A DNA stretch of 64,000 bases, from assembly GCA_028534125.1 (NCBI GenBank), contig CM052816.1, positions 16,928,001 to 16,992,000 of the forward strand, read 5' to 3'. Source of the DNA: Lama glama. Its lineage: Eukaryota. The notes below the pieces were generated by a model. It did not search any database. It saw only the letters and a list, made by a program, of their open reading frames with translations, and had not been told where the DNA came from. Below are positions 60,893 through 64,000 of this stretch, one piece after another (position 1 is the first letter of the stretch; each line of letters begins with the position of its first letter). Position numbers and translations under genes: made by a program.

Positions 60893-61949
60893 AAAACCAG
60901 GATGTACAATGTGCTCCTCCTCCTTAGGCCTTCTATTAGGAGCTCTCCTGTTAAGAAGCAGGTAGCTGAATCAAGTGATCTTTTATAGACTACAAGAAGC
61001 TCCTAGTGAAGAAATGGCAAGGGACCATCTCAAGATCCCCTAGTCTCATCACAGGTCTCCTCAAGTATCTGAGAGTTTGACAGTAACGTGCAATACCAGG
61101 CCTTTCCCTTACCCACATCCCACCCACCCCGCTAACCACATTCTACTTCCCTTACCCACAGCCTCCCTCCTCCCTCGCTGATCAAGTGCAGTCTGAGGCT
61201 TCCCAGAGCCTAGGCCTAATTTCCTCAATGCTTCCATTGGTCATCATACATCCCTTTTCTGATAAAAGGGCAGCTTGGCAATGTGTGCAGAGCACCAGCC
61301 ATGGAGGGTGTTCAGGGCCCTGGAGTCTAGTGTGCAGCTACCTCACTTGGTAATACTAGTGGGGAACCTTTCCTCCTTTAAACCTAGCTTTTGTCCTGAA
61401 GAAGGAGATACAATAGAATTAGGTGGTTTAGAGCACTAGTTCCACCCAAAGGTCTTTAACTTTTGGAAGTTTTTACTCTGGTCTTTGCTTTCATTTCACT
61501 TCCCCCAACCCTTTGTCTCGGCCCTTGGTCACTGTTTTTTGTGATCAGTGATATGAGTAGTTTGTTTTCTGGGGCTAGAAATTTGTCTTTCTCTGGATCC
61601 TGTTTTTTAATTCCTCTAACCTCTAAAATAAACACCCCTCTTTTGACATTCCTTTGAAACTTTGACCTCTAAGGTAGGCCATAATGGTTAGCCTTTTCCT
61701 TTGAGCACCCCCTGGAGAACCAGTATTCTGCCCTCCCTAGTCAGCAGGAGCCAGGCTATCTGCTTTATCATTCTAAGGAAGGTCTTTGCAAGTCAAAAGT
61801 CAGGTTTTTTCCTCTGGAGAAGGGCTGAGAAATGTAACTCTCCTACTTGTAGAGGGAGGAAAAGGACACCTTTCACTGCATATGAATGGTAGTCATTCTA
61901 CAAAGCTGTCTTGACAGTTAACAATGTCGCCAGAGATCCCTGGGCTCCC

Positions 61950-62170
61950 AGAGTGTAAGTGGTGTAAAGGAAGAGTATAGATTTACATGGTAGCAGGTCT
62001 GAATTCAAATCCATCTCCTTGTGTTTAATTTTAGGCTGGATACTTAACTTCTCTGAGCCTCAGTTTCCTCAGTACTAATACGGGAATAATTGTAACTCTT
62101 AAACTGGATTGTTCTGAGGATTGAAGGAGATAATCCAAATATTAAGCGTCTGACAGTAGGTGCTCAGTTA
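61950..62170 (+). mobile_element. MIR SINE
   Basis: tacttaacttctctgagcctcagtttcctca...taggtgctcag. Confidence 0.7.
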
Positions 62171-62304
62171 CTTCCTTTCCAGTTTTAGGATCACCCAGCA
62201 GCAAGCCCTGAGGAGATTAGCAAGGGACTATAGTAAACTCTAGGAACAGGCTCAGGGTTTTATTAGGAGTTCCTAATTCTACCCATGGCAAAGGTCAGAT
62301 GGAA

Positions 62305-62358
62305 AGAAGGAGGAGAAGGAAGAGGAGGAGGAGGAGGAGGAGGAGGAGGAGGAGAAGA
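62305..62358. repeat. (GAG)n purine microsatellite
   Basis: Direct inspection. Confidence 0.9.
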
Positions 62359-62493
62359 AAAAGCTTTGTAGGAGCCTGCAAGCATAAGCATATTCTTTTT
62401 TCATCTAGACTGAGAAGATACTGGCTTCCATTCTCCAGGCAATGTGCAGCAGTGCTTATATTGACTGAAATAAAGGTTCATGGACAGGTTTCC

Positions 62494-63686
62494 TTTTTTT
62501 TTTTTAATTGGAGTATAGTCATTTATAATGTGTCAATTTCCGGTATACAGCATAATGTTTCAGTCTTACGTATACACACATATGTTCCTTTTCATATTCT
62601 TTTTCATTACAGGTTACTACAAGATGTTGAATATAGTTCCCAGAACTATGCAGCAGAAATTTGTTATTTACCTATTTTTTTATATAGTAGTTAGTATCTG
62701 CAAATCTCAAACTCCCAATTTATCCCTTCCCACTCCCTTCCCCTCTGTAAGTTTGTTTTCTATGTCTGTGAGTCTGTTTCTGTTTTGCAAATAAGTTCAT
62801 TTGTATCTCTTTTTTTAGATTGCACATGTAAGTGATATCATGTGGTATTTTTCTTTCTCTTTCTGGCTTTTTTCACTTAGAATGATGAGCACCAGTTCCA
62901 TCCATATTGCTGCAAATGGCATTATTTTATTCTTTTTTATGGCTGAGTAGTATTCCATTATATATATTTACATATATATATATATACATCCACCACATCT
63001 TCTTTATCCAGTCATCTGTTGATGGACATTTAGGTTGTTTCCATGTCTTGGCTGTTGTAAATAGTGCTGCTATGAACATTGGGGTACATGTATCTTTTCA
63101 AATTAGAATTCCTCCAGATAAATGCCCAAGAGTGGGATTGATGGATCATATGGTAAGTCTTTTTTTAGTTTTTTGAGGAATCTCCTTACTGCTTTTCATA
63201 ATGGCTGTACCAAACTACATTCCCACCAATAGTGTAGGAGGGTTCCCTTTTCTCCAAACCTTCTCCAGCATTTATCATTTGTGGACTTTTTAATGATGGC
63301 TATTCTGACTGGTGTGAGGTGATACCTCATTGTAGTTTTGATTTGCATTTCTCTGATAATTAGCAATATTAAACATTTTTTCATGTGCTTATTTGCCATT
63401 TGTATGTCTTCACTGGAGAATTGCTTGTTTAGGTCTTCTGCCCATTTTTAGATTGAGTTGTTTGTTTTTTTGTCATTAATTTGTGTGGGCTGTTTGCATA
63501 TTCTGGAAATTAAGCCCTGTCAGTCTCATCGTTTGCAAATATTTTCTCCTATTCCATAGGTTGTCTTTGTTTATGGTTTCCTTTGCTGTGCAAAAGCTTA
63601 TATGTTTAATTAGGTCCCATTTGCTTATTTTTGCTCTTATTTCTATTGCCTGGGTAGACTGCCCTAGGAGAACATTGCTAAGATTT
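62494..63686 (-). mobile_element. 5'-truncated L1 with 14-bp TSD
   Basis: atggacaggtttcc at 62480-62493 and 63687-63700; poly-T head; ORF2 C-terminal peptides. Confidence 0.92.
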
Positions 63687-64000
63687 ATGGACAGGTTTCC
63701 CTTATTGAGTTTATTTCTTTTTTGGCAAGTTTTCAAGATCCACCATCGGATTGTGGCTACCAATCTGCCTGTCTTGGGCCCTGAACCTATTGAACGTGGG
63801 GGTTTTACTATTCTGTCACCTTAATGATAGCCAGCTTGTTAAGGATGAACCAAAAGGGAAGGAGTGTAGGGTTGTAACTAATGAATCTGAATGCCGCTAT
63901 AGTGCCTTGGAATGAATCCCTGACAGAAAGGTGATGGATGTAGAGAAATCCAAATTCCTTTAGTTTCTGGCCCATGTTCCATGTGGGAAGATTGGATGAT

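Noticed and set aside
62299..62694. 131-aa poly-Arg, protamine-like ORF
   Set aside because: Arg run is a (GAG)n microsatellite read in the AGG frame, and the rest runs into an antisense L1 tail
50800..64000. WNT8A exons expected from synteny
   Set aside because: No Wnt-like Cys-rich coding sequence seen in the ORF track or by reading; the gene probably lies beyond the window
62180..64000. LTR-like sequence flanking the last L1
   Set aside because: Only a minus-strand AATAAA and general appearance; I cannot assign a family or boundaries without a search

Overview
Mammalian genomic DNA, probably camelid (tRNA-derived vic-1-like SINEs). The + strand carries most of BRD8 (about the first 62 codons lie upstream of the window). 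It has a short-isoform end (stop 11883, AATAAA 12178) and a long-isoform extension with a second, internally duplicated bromodomain (stop 21257). About 400 nt later starts a complete NME5 (212 aa, ATG 22510, stop 43318) with an RFX X-box promoter. Just downstream of NME5 is an antisense HMGB1 processed pseudogene, split by a 3.7-kb TSD-flanked composite L1 insertion. The rest is repeat-rich intergenic DNA (L1, L2, MIR, Tigger, SINEs). I found no new multi-gene system. The best leads are the nested HMGB1/L1 structure next to the NME5 3' end, a Tigger2 copy with retrotransposition hallmarks, a shifted BRD8 long-isoform stop, and an orphan consensus splice donor upstream of the second-bromodomain module. 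Gene and repeat identities come from recalled reference sequences, not from searches; repeat boundaries are approximate unless TSDs are given.
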